A stretch of DNA of 64,000 bases, from assembly GCA_029974275.1 (NCBI GenBank), contig JARKSN010000316.1, forward strand, positions 1 through 64,000. The letters are read 5' to 3'. The first letter of the stretch is position 1, and each line of letters starts with the position of its first letter. Position numbers and translations under genes: made by a program. Shown here in pieces: positions 29,734 through 41,400 of the stretch. Under the pieces are notes generated by a model. It had not been told where the DNA came from, did no database searches, and worked only from the letters and a program-made list of their open reading frames with translations. Source of the stretch: Candidatus Hydrogenedentota bacterium (GTDB lineage: Bacteria > Hydrogenedentota > Hydrogenedentia > Hydrogenedentales > SLHB01).

Positions 29734-32289
29734 ATGGAAACACCAAACGAACGTGTAGTGCCGATTGCGATCGAGCAGGAGATGAAGACCTCGTTCATGG
29801 ACTATTCCATGAGCGTGATTGTGAGCCGCGCGTTGCCGGACGTGCGCGACGGCTTGAAGCCGGTGCATCGACGCATTCTGTACACGATGCACGAGATGGG
29901 GCTGGTGCACAATCGCGGGTTTCGCAAGTCCGCGGCCATCGTCGGCGACGCGATGGGGAAATACCACCCGCACGGCGACTCGGCTATTTACGACACCCTC
30001 GTGCGCCTGGCGCAGCCATGGAACATGCGCTATCCGCTCGTGGACGGTCAGGGCAACTTTGGATCGGTCGACGGCGACAGCCCGGCTGCGATGCGGTACA
30101 CCGAATCGCGCATGGCGGCGATCACGTCGCAGATGCTGGCCGACATCGAAAAACAAACGGTTAACACGCAACCCAATTACGACGGGCGTCTGCAGGAACC
30201 CGTCGTGCTGCCGTCGGCCATTCCCAATCTACTGGTTAACGGCTCGTACGGCATTGCCGTGGGCATGGCGACGAGTTGCCCGCCGCACAATTTGCGCGAA
30301 GTCTGTGACGCGGTCGTGCATCTCATTGACAATCCCAAGGCGACCGTCGCAGACATGATGCGCTTCGTCAAAGCGCCCGATTTCCCGACCGGCGGCATCA
30401 TCTACGGGTGCGAAGGCTTGCCCGAGGCATACCGCACCGGACGCGGGCGCATCACCGTGCGCGCCAAGGTCGCCATTGAACACGACCAGCGCGCCAATCG
30501 GGATCGCATCATCGTCAAGGAACTGCCGTATCAGGTCAACAAGGCGCGCCTGATCGAAAACATCGCGGAGTTGGTCAACGCCAAGACGGTCGAGGGCATC
30601 ACGGACTTGCGCGACGAGTCCGACCGCGATGGGATGCGCGTCGTCATCGAAGTGCGCAAGGGCGATGAGCCTCAGGTCATCCTGAATCAGCTCTACAAAC
30701 ACACGCAGCTGCAAGAAAACGCGAGCATTTTGATGCTGGCGCTGGTGAACAATCAGCCGCGCGTGTTGTCGCTGCTGGAAATGGTCGGCTACTACGTCAA
30801 GCACCGCGCCGAGATCGTCCGCAAGCGCACCGAGTACGACCTGCGCCAAGCCGAGGCGCGCGCGCATATCGTCGAAGGACTGCTCAAGGCCATCGACCAT
30901 ATCGACGAAGTGATCGAGATCATACGTTCGTCGGAAGACGCCGATCAGGCCCGCGTGCGATTGGGCGATCGCTTCGGTTTCACCGAGATTCAGGCCAACG
31001 CGATCCTCGCCATGCGCCTGCGCCGATTGACCGGTCTCGAACGCGAGGAGTTAGAGAAGGAATACGCCGACTTGCTCAAACAGATCGAGCACTTCCAGCG
31101 CATTCTGTCGAGCGAACGCACGATTTTGGCCGAGGTCCGCCGCGAGATACTCGAAGTTCGGAACAAATACGGCGACGACCGCCGCACGATTATCTTGGGC
31201 GAGACCTCGGAATTCGCCATCGAAGATCTCATCGCCGACGAGAACATGGTCGTGACGGTGTCGAACCAAGGCTACATCAAGCGCGTGCCCGTCAGCACCT
31301 ACCGCAAACAGCGGCGCGGCGGCAGGGGCGTTGCCGGCATGGAGACGAAGGAAGAAGACTTTGTGCGCGACCTGTTCATCGCGTCGGCGCACCAATACAT
31401 GCTCTTCTTCACGAACCTCGGGCGCGTGTACTGGCGCAGGGTGCATGAATTGCCCAAGGCCAGCCGCACGGCCCGTGGTCGCGCGATCGTGAATGTGCTT
31501 GACCTCACGGGAGACGAACGCGTGACGGCATGCTTGCCGGTGCGCGACCTCAAGGAAGAGGGCAAGTTCGTTTTCATGGTGACCGCCAACGGCACGATCA
31601 AGAAGACCGAACTCACCGCTTTCAGCAATCCGCGCGCGGCGGGCATTATCGCGATCGATCTCGACAAGGGCGACGATCTCATCGACGTGCAGATCACCTC
31701 GGGCAACGACAACATCCTGATCGCCACGTACAACGGTTTGGCGATTCGTTTTCCCGAAAAAGACGTCCGCTCCATGGGGCGCGGCGCGCGCGGCGTGATT
31801 GGCATTCGCCTGGAAAAAGGCGATCGCGTGATCGGCGTTTCCATCGCCGAGGACGACATGACGGTTCTCAGTGTAACAGAAAGGGGCTTCGGCAAACGGA
31901 CAAAGGTCGGCGAATACCGGCTGCAACACCGAGGCGGACAAGGTATCATCAACATCAAGACCAGCGACCGCAACGGCAACGTCGTGGGCATGCTCACCGT
32001 CGACGACGAAGACGAGATTGTCGTCGTCAGCACGGACGGCATCGTGATCCGCACGCCCGTCAAGGACATCCGCACGATAGGCCGCAACACGCAAGGCGTC
32101 AAGATCATGTCCCCGACCGAAGGCGCGCAGGTCAGCGCCGTCGCCCGCGCATTGGCCGAAAGCAAGGAAGAACACCTGACGGAAACCGCCGCGACCTTGG
32201 GCGAAGCGCAGCAAATTTCGCCCGGTTTGTCGACGCAAGACGATGAGAACGGTCTTTTTTCCGAAACGGACGAAGACGAAAACGCGTGA
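29734..32289 (+). CDS. gyrA: DNA gyrase subunit A
   Basis: [35 protein letters not shown] (catalytic Tyr), GyrA box QRRGGRG, C-terminal pinwheel repeats. Confidence 0.99.
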   Translation: METPNERVVPIAIEQEMKTSFMDYSMSVIVSRALPDVRDGLKPVHRRILYTMHEMGLVHNRGFRKSAAIVGDAMGKYHPHGDSAIYDTLVRLAQPWNMRYPLVDGQGNFGSVDGDSPAAMRYTESRMAAITSQMLADIEKQTVNTQPNYDGRLQEPVVLPSAIPNLLVNGSYGIAVGMATSCPPHNLREVCDAVVHLIDNPKATVADMMRFVKAPDFPTGGIIYGCEGLPEAYRTGRGRITVRAKVAIEHDQRANRDRIIVKELPYQVNKARLIENIAELVNAKTVEGITDLRDESDRDGMRVVIEVRKGDEPQVILNQLYKHTQLQENASILMLALVNNQPRVLSLLEMVGYYVKHRAEIVRKRTEYDLRQAEARAHIVEGLLKAIDHIDEVIEIIRSSEDADQARVRLGDRFGFTEIQANAILAMRLRRLTGLEREELEKEYADLLKQIEHFQRILSSERTILAEVRREILEVRNKYGDDRRTIILGETSEFAIEDLIADENMVVTVSNQGYIKRVPVSTYRKQRRGGRGVAGMETKEEDFVRDLFIASAHQYMLFFTNLGRVYWRRVHELPKASRTARGRAIVNVLDLTGDERVTACLPVRDLKEEGKFVFMVTANGTIKKTELTAFSNPRAAGIIAIDLDKGDDLIDVQITSGNDNILIATYNGLAIRFPEKDVRSMGRGARGVIGIRLEKGDRVIGVSIAEDDMTVLSVTERGFGKRTKVGEYRLQHRGGQGIINIKTSDRNGNVVGMLTVDDEDEIVVVSTDGIVIRTPVKDIRTIGRNTQGVKIMSPTEGAQVSAVARALAESKEEHLTETAATLGEAQQISPGLSTQDDENGLFSETDEDENA

Positions 32290-32379
32290 GTCTTTTTCCC
32301 TTGCGTCCGCGCAATGTTGGACTTTGACGGACGAGGTGTGATAGTCTAATCATGTTTGGCATAGCCGAACGAAACGAGG

Positions 32380-32455
32380 GCGCTCGTAGCTCAGGGGATA
32401 GAGCACTAGCCTCCGGAGCTAGGTGTCGCAGGTTCGAATCCTGCCGAGCGCGCCA
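32380..32455 (+). tRNA. tRNA-Arg (anticodon CCG)
   Basis: GCGCTCG/CGAGCGC acceptor stem, anticodon arm CTAGC-ctCCGga-GCTAG, GGTTCGAATCC T-arm, encoded CCA. Confidence 0.95.
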
Positions 32456-32702
32456 TTCTCTATTCCAGCCCCCAGAGCGAGGGCGGGAATAGTACGAGTA
32501 GCGGAAACGTTTTGATAATGTCGGGGTATTACCATGACTATGGCGCGCCGATCCCCTGCCCGCCATTGACGCGAGAGTCGGGGGGGCAAAGACAGTCTCG
32601 GATAGGGGCGTGTTTCACGGCGGTGGCTCTGTTTGTCACCAGAGACCGTGGCCCCTTTGTAGATAAAGCGGAAACGAAAAGAAGAATAGTGCGGAGGAGA
32701 CC

Positions 32703-33230
32703 ATGAACAGCAAACGCGGTTTCGTATTCACAGTCCTTGCGGCAAGCCTGATTTTGATGCTGGCGTTGGGAACGGGTTGCGCCAGCAAAAAACAGCCCAA
32801 AATCACGCCGACCCCTGGCCCGGCAGTCGAGCAGCAAGGAAGCGGCGATGGACAGCCGGACATCGACGTAACCAGCAAAATGTGGGTGCCTTTTGAAGGC
32901 CTGTCGACGGTGCACTTCGATTATAATAAATACGATCTGCGCGCCGACACCCGCGCCAAGCTCAACAAAAATGCGGAGCTTATCAAGGCCCAGCCGGACG
33001 TCCTGGTCCAGATCGAAGGCCACTGCGACGAACGCGGCACCCAGGAATACAACCTGGCCCTCGGCGAGAAACGCGCCCTGGCCGTCCGCGACTACCTGGT
33101 GAAACTTGGCATCTCCGGCGATCGCATCGTCACCATCAGCTACGGCGAAGAAAAGCCGGTCGACGGCGGTCACGACGAAGCCGCTTGGTCGAAGAATCGC
33201 CGGTGCGAGTTCAACAAGGCCGCGCGATAA
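32703..33230 (+). CDS. pal: Peptidoglycan-associated lipoprotein
   Basis: Lipobox GTGC, VHFDYNK, IEGHCDERGTQEYNLALGEKRA, ISYGEEKP, KNRR. Confidence 0.95.
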   Translation: MNSKRGFVFTVLAASLILMLALGTGCASKKQPKITPTPGPAVEQQGSGDGQPDIDVTSKMWVPFEGLSTVHFDYNKYDLRADTRAKLNKNAELIKAQPDVLVQIEGHCDERGTQEYNLALGEKRALAVRDYLVKLGISGDRIVTISYGEEKPVDGGHDEAAWSKNRRCEFNKAAR

Positions 33231-33273
33231 GCGTCTTTCGGGCCAACGTGGCTGACGAAACGAGGGGAACAAG

Positions 33274-34200
33274 ATGGACGCGTGGATGAAAAGAGCGGTG
33301 ACGACTCTGGCCGTGCTCGTTCTGGCGGGATGCGCCACCGACAACCGGGAAGTCATCAACAGCACGTACCGCAGCGTTAGGAACCTTGAGAAAAACACGT
33401 CAACCTCGGTTGACCAGTTGAACAAGGCCACCGCGGACCTGTCGACGCGTCTGGATTCGAGCGACCAGGAGACGCGCGAACTAAAGGGCATGGTTCAGGA
33501 AACCCAGGCCAAGCTCGATAAAATCGACGCCAAGCTCAACGAGTTGACCCGAAATCTCTACAAACTCAGCGGGTTGACGCCTCCCCCCGGGGCGGCGTCA
33601 ACCTCGCCGCAGAGCGTCCTCGTCGATTCGATCAAGGTGGAAGACCAGCCCGCGCCCCTTTCGTCCGTGCCGACCTCCGCCCCGCCCGTCCAAACGAGCC
33701 CCCAGGCGGCCCCCGCTGCGGTTCCGACCGTTCCCGAGCCCAGCGAGGAAAAAATCCTCGCGGAAACTCCTACGCCGTCGGCTCCCGCCGCACAGCCCGA
33801 AGCGCCCCTTTCAGCAGACAGCGCCGTGGCCGAATACAATCAGGCGATGAAGTCATTCAAAGCCAATGACTTTGGCGCTGCCGCGCAACAATTCGGCGAT
33901 TTCGTGAAAAAGTACCCGAACACCGAAAATTCGGCCAACGCCCAATTCTGGAAGGCCCAGAGCATCGACAAGCTTGGCAAAGCGGAAGAAGCCATCCGAG
34001 AATATGAAAAAGTCAAGGCTTCCTATCCGACAAGCCCCAAGGTTCCCGTGGCGATGTACAAACAAGCTGGCGCCTACCTCAATCTTGGACAGAGGCAGCG
34101 AGCGATAGACCTCCTGAAACAACTGGTGGAAAACTATCCAATGCACAACGCAGCCGTCTTGGCTAAGAGCGAGTTGCAAAAGCTTCAAGCTCAGAATTGA
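33274..34200 (+). CDS. cpoB: Tol-Pal-associated CpoB/YbgF-like coiled-coil plus TPR lipoprotein
   Basis: Follows pal; LAGC lipobox, coiled coil, Pro-rich linker, TPRs (FVKKYPNT..SANAQFWKA). Confidence 0.8.
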   Translation: MDAWMKRAVTTLAVLVLAGCATDNREVINSTYRSVRNLEKNTSTSVDQLNKATADLSTRLDSSDQETRELKGMVQETQAKLDKIDAKLNELTRNLYKLSGLTPPPGAASTSPQSVLVDSIKVEDQPAPLSSVPTSAPPVQTSPQAAPAAVPTVPEPSEEKILAETPTPSAPAAQPEAPLSADSAVAEYNQAMKSFKANDFGAAAQQFGDFVKKYPNTENSANAQFWKAQSIDKLGKAEEAIREYEKVKASYPTSPKVPVAMYKQAGAYLNLGQRQRAIDLLKQLVENYPMHNAAVLAKSELQKLQAQN

Positions 34201-34320
34201 CGTTTCCGGAAGCCATTGAATCCATGGCGACCCACGCGCGCGGGAGTGTCCCTTCCGCGCGCGTTTTTCCAATACGCGGCAGAACTGTGCCTAGAACGAC
34301 CCCGGGAGGCATGCACCCTC

Positions 34321-35331
34321 ATGCGGCATTACCTAGGATTGGACGCGGGCGGAACCAAGACGCATTGCCTCGTCGCCAACGAACGAGGCGACATACTCGG
34401 ATTTGGCGCCGCTGGATCAGGCAATTACGAATGCCTCGGCATTGAACCCGCCGCTACGGAAAACCGCAAGGCCGTCCAAACGGCCCTTGCCGAAGCCCAA
34501 TGTGCACTGCAAGACATCTCAAGCATCGGCATGGGCATTGCCGGAGCCGACTTGCCCGAAGACTACGACATGCTCGAACGCGAGATATACACCCCGCTTT
34601 TCGGCGCGACCCGCCGGACATTTCGCAACGATTCAATGGCAGGACTGCGCGGCGGCACTCGCCACCCCAGCGGCATTGTCATCGCCTGCGGAACAGGATG
34701 CGTGTGTGCAGGCCGCAGTCGCAGCGGACAGGAAGTCCGCGTCGGCGGACTCGGCGACAAATCGGGGGATGAGTGCACAGGATCCGAAATAGGACGCATC
34801 GCCCTTCGCCGAGTTTGGCAGGCCCGAGAGGGAATCATTCCGCCCACGATCCTGACCGACAAGTTCGTCGCCCGAGCCGAATGCGCCCATGTCGACGATC
34901 TGTTCTATCGCATGTACCGCGGACAACTCGACGAAAGAGCCCTCGAGCCCATGGCCAAGCTCGTATTCGACGCCGCGCTTGAAGGCGACGCGGCCTCCTG
35001 TGATATCCTAGAACACGGCGGCCGGTACCTCGGGATGATGGTGAACGCTGCGGCGCGATCCCTCGGCGTAACCCAGGAAGCTTTCGAAGTGGTTATGGCG
35101 GGCAGCGTATTCAAGGGATCAAGCCCCATCTTGATCGACGCCATGCGCACGGCGATTCATCGGGTCTCGCCCCATGCCGCGCTGGTCATGCCCTTGTTCG
35201 AGCCCGTGGTGGGCGCTTTGTTGATGGGCATGGATATGGACGGAGCCGTGACGGACGAGGTGTACGACAACCTTGCCAGGAGCCTCGGGGAAGCCGAGAA
35301 ACGCTATCACGTCCGGCTGAAGGCGGAATAA
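34321..35331 (+). CDS. BadF/BadG/BcrA/BcrD family sugar kinase (GlcNAc/MurNAc kinase-like)
   Basis: YLGLDAGGTKT, GIAGAD, RNDS, IACGTG, VMAGSVF. Confidence 0.85.
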   Translation: MRHYLGLDAGGTKTHCLVANERGDILGFGAAGSGNYECLGIEPAATENRKAVQTALAEAQCALQDISSIGMGIAGADLPEDYDMLEREIYTPLFGATRRTFRNDSMAGLRGGTRHPSGIVIACGTGCVCAGRSRSGQEVRVGGLGDKSGDECTGSEIGRIALRRVWQAREGIIPPTILTDKFVARAECAHVDDLFYRMYRGQLDERALEPMAKLVFDAALEGDAASCDILEHGGRYLGMMVNAAARSLGVTQEAFEVVMAGSVFKGSSPILIDAMRTAIHRVSPHAALVMPLFEPVVGALLMGMDMDGAVTDEVYDNLARSLGEAEKRYHVRLKAE

Positions 35332-35335
35332 CAAC

Positions 35336-36535
35336 ATGAAGATGCAACGTGGGCGCAAAATTCATTGGACGTGGGCACTAGCCGGGGCCATCCTCGCCCT
35401 GTACGTGACCGGTTGTAGCCCGCAGCCCTCCCCCAAGAACGATGACGACTTCCTCGAGCGCATAAAGAGCGAAACATCGGCGAATCCTTCCATCGCCCAG
35501 GAAGGAGTGGGGGCGTTGCCCCCGGCGGCGGCCAGTCCTTCGAACGCCGCGCCCGCTATCGAATTGAACGCCTCCACCGTCGACCTAGGCGTCGTTCCCA
35601 ACGACAACTACTATGTGACAACCGTCCCCGTATACAATCGCGGCGCAGCGGACCTGGTGATAGGCGATGTGCAGACCACCTGCGCCTGCACGATGGGAAA
35701 AATGAAAGAGGCCACGATCAAGCCCGGTTCCCAAGGCGAACTGGAGATCACCATCGTTCCCTACAAAATCCCCGGATTTTCCTCGCAGAAAACCCTGATT
35801 ATTCTCTCAAACGATCCCAAGCACCCCCGTCTGAGCTTGGAAGTGCATTGCAAAGTCGATCCCGAATTCGAAGTCGAGCCAAGTGAAATCGTGTGGGGAA
35901 AAATCCAAAAAGGCGAACGTGCGGAATCCATTCTCCATTTCCGCGCCCTTCAAAACGTCAAAATCGCAGGACAGCCGGACCAGCCCGTCACCGTGGGCGG
36001 AGTCACCGCCATTGGACAGCCCCGCGGTTTGTCGTCCGAGATCGAACCACTTCCCGAAGACGCGTGGACCGCTCCGGGCCTGCCGGAATACCGGATACGC
36101 CTTATGCTGGATACGACCGAACTGCCGTTGGGCGCCTACGCGGCGTCCTTTCAAATCGTCACCTCCGCGCCGCGCGTGCCGCGTTTCATGAGCGGCGTCA
36201 AGGCCGAAATCGTCTCCTTCTACGCAATCGCCCCCCCCACGATCACCGTTCAGAAAATACAACCCGGGGAGACTATCAAGGACGCCGCCGTCATTTCCTC
36301 GCAAAGCCAAGCGTTCGAGTTGAAGGACGTCGCCGTTGGTGGCGATAGCTTGACCGTTGCGACCCGTCCCGGGCCTTCGCCCAACAGCGTTGCGATCGAT
36401 CTGACCGCGGCGCCAAACGCCCTGGAAGGGCACAAACAGGAAACCATTACATTCACACTGTCGTCAGGCGACGAGACCTTGAAGGACTCCATCCGCGTTT
36501 TCGCGATAGTCTCGAAATCGCCAACGACCCCATAG
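35336..36535 (+). CDS. DUF1573 Ig-like domain lipoprotein
   Basis: VTGC lipobox; NRGAADLVIGDVQTTCACT...IKPG...SNDP. Confidence 0.78.
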   Translation: MKMQRGRKIHWTWALAGAILALYVTGCSPQPSPKNDDDFLERIKSETSANPSIAQEGVGALPPAAASPSNAAPAIELNASTVDLGVVPNDNYYVTTVPVYNRGAADLVIGDVQTTCACTMGKMKEATIKPGSQGELEITIVPYKIPGFSSQKTLIILSNDPKHPRLSLEVHCKVDPEFEVEPSEIVWGKIQKGERAESILHFRALQNVKIAGQPDQPVTVGGVTAIGQPRGLSSEIEPLPEDAWTAPGLPEYRIRLMLDTTELPLGAYAASFQIVTSAPRVPRFMSGVKAEIVSFYAIAPPTITVQKIQPGETIKDAAVISSQSQAFELKDVAVGGDSLTVATRPGPSPNSVAIDLTAAPNALEGHKQETITFTLSSGDETLKDSIRVFAIVSKSPTTP

Positions 36536-36576
36536 CCGTTATCTCAGCCAACGCACAATCGCAGGAGATCCACGCC

Positions 36577-36960
36577 ATGGCCTTGTTCGGACGGCGAGAC
36601 AAAGATGCCGCGAAGACCGCTGCGCCGGCAGGTCTGCGCCCCACAATGGGCCGGATCGCCTACTGCCGCGTCTGCGCCAAGGACCAACCGATGACCCGCT
36701 GTTGGATGCGCACCGCCTATCTTGTCCAGTGCATGTGCTGCGGCCTCGCCTTCGAGGACCCTGCCGCGTTGTATCGCCGCAATCAGCCGGCTTGTCCCCG
36801 TTGCGGCGAATTCCTGGAACACCCCGGTTTTGAATACGGACTGTGCGACGGGTGTGGATCGAAGTACGAGCTCGTGAGCGGCGCCAAGCCCGGCCTGCTG
36901 CCCAATAAGCGCCAGCGCGATGAAATGAGCAAACAAGGGAAAGCTTGGAGCAGATACTGA
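36577..36960 (+). CDS. Small multi-CxxC (zinc-ribbon) protein
   Basis: CRVC, CMCC, CPRC and CDGC; AGGAG upstream; ends 1 nt before the next ATG. Confidence 0.75.
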   Translation: MALFGRRDKDAAKTAAPAGLRPTMGRIAYCRVCAKDQPMTRCWMRTAYLVQCMCCGLAFEDPAALYRRNQPACPRCGEFLEHPGFEYGLCDGCGSKYELVSGAKPGLLPNKRQRDEMSKQGKAWSRY

Positions 36961-36961
36961 C

Positions 36962-38410
36962 ATGCTGACGAACGAAATCAGGGATCGCCTTCAACGGCAC
37001 GGGCAAGAGCGAGTGCTTCGGTTCTGGGACCGCCTTGACGACGAGGCCTGCGGGACGCTGGGCGCGCAGCTGGCGACCATAGATTTTGAACTTATGGATC
37101 GGCTCATCGAGAAATGGATTCGCAACACGCCGTCCGCGGAAAGATTCAACGCCATCGATCCGGTGCCGCTGATTCCCGAGGCCGATCTTTCGCGACCGGA
37201 CGCCCGCGAGGCCTGCGCCGCTGGCGAAGACGCCCTGCGCCAGGGACGCGTAGGGTTGATCCTCGTTGCCGGCGGACAAGGAACCCGTCTGGGTTTTAGC
37301 GGCCCCAAAGGTTCTTACCCCATTGGCCCCATTTCCGGGCGCAGTCTCTTCGCGTATCATGCGGAGAAGATACGCAATCTGCAACGCCGGTATGCCTGCA
37401 CGCTGCCATGGTACATCATGGTTAGCGCCGCCAACCGCGCCGCCACCGAGGCTTTTTTCCGCGAACACGACTATTTCGGCTTGCGCGTCCAAGACATCCG
37501 CTTTTTCCAGCAACGCATGATCCCGTGCGTCGACGACAATGGCGCCTTCATGCTCGACGCTCCCGGGCGGCTTGCCATGAACCCCAATGGCCACGGAGGC
37601 TGCATTCCCGCGATGGTCGAGAGCGGAATTACGAAAGACGCCCGGGAACGCGGCGTTGACACGCTCAGCTATTTCCAAGTCGACAACTGGGCGGCCAAGG
37701 TCGCCGATCCATTTTTCATCGGCTACCATGTCCTTCGCGGCGGCGAAATGTCCTCGAAGATCAACCGTCGCAACGGACCCCGCGAAGCCGTCGGCGTCCA
37801 CTGCCTATGCGACGGCGAATACCGCGTCATCGAATACTCCGAACTCGATATCTATCCGCAACTCTTGGAACTCGATGCTCATGGGAAGCCGGTCTACCTT
37901 GCCGGCAATCCCGCGATTCACATCCTTTCCGTGCCGTTTATCGAACGGGTATCTCACAATTTCCGCGAATTCCCGTGGCACTTGGCGCATAAAAAGATCG
38001 CCTGCATCGATGACGCCGGCGTGCGCATTGTCCCGGACAAGCCCAACGGCTACAAGTTCGAGACCTTTGTGTTCGACGCCCTCCGCTTCATTCGCCACGA
38101 GCCAATCGCATTGCTGATTCGCCGTGACGGCGAGTACACCCCCACGAAACAGTTCGAAGGAGACAACAGCGTTACGGCTGCGCGCGCGAGCATGGCCCGC
38201 TTCTGGGGCGAATGGCTCGACGAGGCCGGCGTCGCGACGCCGCGCGACGGACAGGGCAACGTCGCCGTGGACATCGAGATCAGTCCCGACTTCGCTTATT
38301 CGAAAGAGGAATTCATGGATCGCATGAAAGGCTGCACTCTGGACATCAACGGCGGCATTTCCATTTCCGCCGACGGTTCCATCGAATACGCCGACAACAG
38401 GCGCGCGTGA
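36962..38410 (+). CDS. UDPGP-family (eukaryote-like UAP) UTP-sugar-1-phosphate uridylyltransferase, probably UDP-GlcNAc pyrophosphorylase
   Basis: LVAGGQGTRLGFSGPKG, PNGHGG, QVDN, VIEYSE, AHKKI, NGYKFETFVFD. Confidence 0.9.
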   Translation: MLTNEIRDRLQRHGQERVLRFWDRLDDEACGTLGAQLATIDFELMDRLIEKWIRNTPSAERFNAIDPVPLIPEADLSRPDAREACAAGEDALRQGRVGLILVAGGQGTRLGFSGPKGSYPIGPISGRSLFAYHAEKIRNLQRRYACTLPWYIMVSAANRAATEAFFREHDYFGLRVQDIRFFQQRMIPCVDDNGAFMLDAPGRLAMNPNGHGGCIPAMVESGITKDARERGVDTLSYFQVDNWAAKVADPFFIGYHVLRGGEMSSKINRRNGPREAVGVHCLCDGEYRVIEYSELDIYPQLLELDAHGKPVYLAGNPAIHILSVPFIERVSHNFREFPWHLAHKKIACIDDAGVRIVPDKPNGYKFETFVFDALRFIRHEPIALLIRRDGEYTPTKQFEGDNSVTAARASMARFWGEWLDEAGVATPRDGQGNVAVDIEISPDFAYSKEEFMDRMKGCTLDINGGISISADGSIEYADNRRA

Positions 38411-38413
38411 CGG

Positions 38414-41400
38414 CTACGGAGAGGAGACGCGACGGGGACGCTTGCGATCCGAGACAGCCTTGAACAATCCTTCGGAACGCGTGCAGACCCATGTGCACGA
38501 AAATGCCGCATCTCCCAAAATGTCCGCCACGTCCCTCAATGGCTTCCGGCCAAGACGCCACGCATCGTTGCTGACCGCATACATGGAATCCCCCTTTCCT
38601 CGGAGAAGTCCGTCCGCTTCCACCCGAAGAATCCCGCCGTCCGGAGCGGGCGTCTGAAACGACCACGGTTGTTTGCCGAAGCAGAGATCGATGACGGCAT
38701 GGCCGACTTCACATCGAAACGAGGTTGCCTCCATCGCCGAGGTTCTCGCCCAGATCGCGGGCCGGCCATCGACATCGTCAAAAACGCGTACTCGCTCCAC
38801 GCCCCGGATCCTGTTTTTCTCGTCGCCGATCACGAGCCGCGCATCCCGCAACGCCTGTTTACCATCCTCGTGCCACGGCAACAGGAGGATGCCGCCCAAA
38901 GAACCCACGGCTACGTATTCCAAAGCAGGAAGCATGGCTGCCGAAGTCAACACATCAAACGCCATCGCGCGACAATTTCCGATGTCGATCAGCGCCGCAT
39001 AATCCGCTGGGGATGCCGTGAACGGCGCGGACGCGAGATCGCTCCAGGCATACCGAGGCTCCGACGACCATGCCAAGGCCGGAGCTCGCAACACGACCGT
39101 ATCTCCAACGCGAAAGGCGTTCCCCGTGGTTTGGGCATCGATCTCTTCCCAAGCCAGGGGGCCGTCTTTCCACGAACTCCGATGAAACCGCCACGAAACC
39201 GTTTCGCCGGTCCCCTCCCTCTGAGCAGTGAAAAAACTTCCGAGCTCCGCTTCCCGGATGCGGTCGATGCGCCGAGGGCAGGGTTTGATGTCGCGAAGAA
39301 CGAGACGATTCTCCTCGATTGCATTCAAACACAGGAAGGAAGAACCGCCATTTTCGGGGTTTTGACTGTGGGTCGCGAGAAGCCACAGTTTCTCCTTTCC
39401 CGGAAAGGATTCCAGCGCGCATCCTGCGTCGGCAGCATCGAACACGAAGCGACCATCCGCCAGCAGGCGATCGTCGGAGATATCCGGAATTCGAGAACGG
39501 AGCAGAGGGGCATTCTTCGAAAGCAGGTCGCGCGGAATCCAGCTTTGGGTTAGTTCGAGGCGGCGTTTTCCCAACATGCCGTCGTCCTGAAACGCAACCA
39601 TCAGATGCGCCACGCTGCGCAACGACGGAGACGCGTCGATGCGTTCCAATCGCCACGGCCCTTCCATGCAAGAGACATGATACTGAGGGAATTCGGCGTC
39701 GCCGCCCACAACCACTCCCGTGCGCTTCCCATTTGCGCGGGCGACATCGCACCGTGTTTGCCCGCGCAACACGGTCAGCGTCATGGGATATTGGCCTGCC
39801 TGAGCAAGATCAACCCGCGCCAGCCCTGCCTGCGTCACCAGGACTCCGGTCCTGTTGTCGTCGAGCAATCCGATGGCATGCGTTATGTCCCACGCAAACC
39901 GATCCTCATGCCACCAATCCGGGATCGGAAGCGGTTGCGCGCCGGTTTCCTCTGCTTCCACGCACGGCGTGAGAGACATGTCCGTTTTCGAGATGGGACG
40001 CCACACGATGTTTCCGACCTGTCCCTCGACTTGCGGCGTTTCCAGTTTTTCGCTCTGCCACGAAGCATCCGCAGCGGCGGAAGTCTGAAATGTCCATAGC
40101 CGATGCTTTTCGCGCGCCGTCAGACGCAGCGCCGCCCCCCCGATTAAGCTCGGAACGCAATCCGAAGGCATGTCCGAAGGCGGCGCGAAGCACGCCATGA
40201 TCGTTGCAGGGGATCTCGGATCGCGTTTCACGACGCATCGGCCAGGAACGAACACGTACAAACCTTCATTGAAGGAAGCGAACGATGCCCCGCGATCGAA
40301 AAAGAACCTGCTGCCGTCAAACACGGATTTTCCGTCGAAGGCGCGAAACGACACCTTGCCTTCGCGACATGCGATCCGCAATGCGGGGGTGCTTATCTCC
40401 GATTCCGGATCGTGGGAGAGGGGCGTTTCGGATTTGTCCACTCGTTGGAACGGTCTTGCTTGCAGTCTCCAGAATCCATCTTCCGTTTCCAACGTAATAG
40501 GCCCATCCGAAACGTCGCGGCGCAGCCATGTAACGAGGTCATCTCGGAATTTCCAATTTCCAGCCGTTGTCTGCCGCCAGGAACGCGTCCGGTTCGCTTC
40601 ATCAAGACGGACGATCCGCAGTTCCGTTTCCATGCCGGGACGTCGGGTCAAGCGCCACTGCCAGCCGCCGTTCTCCACGACGCTGGTTTGCGCGAGGGCA
40701 TCCGGACCGGTCAGCAGGGTCAGTTGGCCATCTTGCCACAAGGCAACGAACCGGCTATTCATTTCTATGGCAACGCGCGCTGGACCTTCCAGACGAACCA
40801 GCGATCCGTTGCGGAATCGCTCATCAACAACCTGTAACCGGAACGAGTCGGCATCGCGAACCGTCAGCCCCAGATCGGTTATCAACACAAGAGAACCGTC
40901 CGAGAGGATTTCCATATCCTTCGTGCACAAGAACGAAAACGTATCCCCCGACGAAGCCCAGACGGGCCTTTCGGCGCGCGACGCATCGCTCCATGCAATA
41001 TCGAGTCCATTTTCGGGACCCGCCCGGAAATCCAGTTGTTCTCCTGCGACATCGACTCTGGCCGCCGTCTTCGTCGAAAGCGTTTCCTCAAACCGCAACG
41101 TCCCTTCGGACGCTTCCTCCACGAGGCGCGTTGTCCGGTCCGCAAACGTAAGCTGGATTCTGTCGTAGGAAAACCATTGCGCCGACACCAGGTCCTTGCC
41201 AAGCACGCGTTCTCGCCGGGTTTCCTCCAGCTCCGTCGAGTTTTTCCCCGGCATCAAGACCGCCAACTCACCTCGTTGAACCGTATATACATTGCCCGAT
41301 GGCCCCAGCGCGGCGCCGTCGTAGACATCTTCCTCGAACCCTCCAGGCTTGGCGTGAAGGGAGCGCCATGCGCCATGCGCGTTTCGCCAGCAGTGCGTTA

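Noticed and set aside
32658..32666. Isolated DnaA-box-like 9-mers (TGTAGATAA here, AGTGGACAA at 25579)
   Set aside because: Single mismatched copies are expected by chance.
32380..32700. tRNA-Arg as an integration site for an island
   Set aside because: No integrase, and I noticed no duplicated tRNA 3' end; core genes (pal, cpoB) follow.
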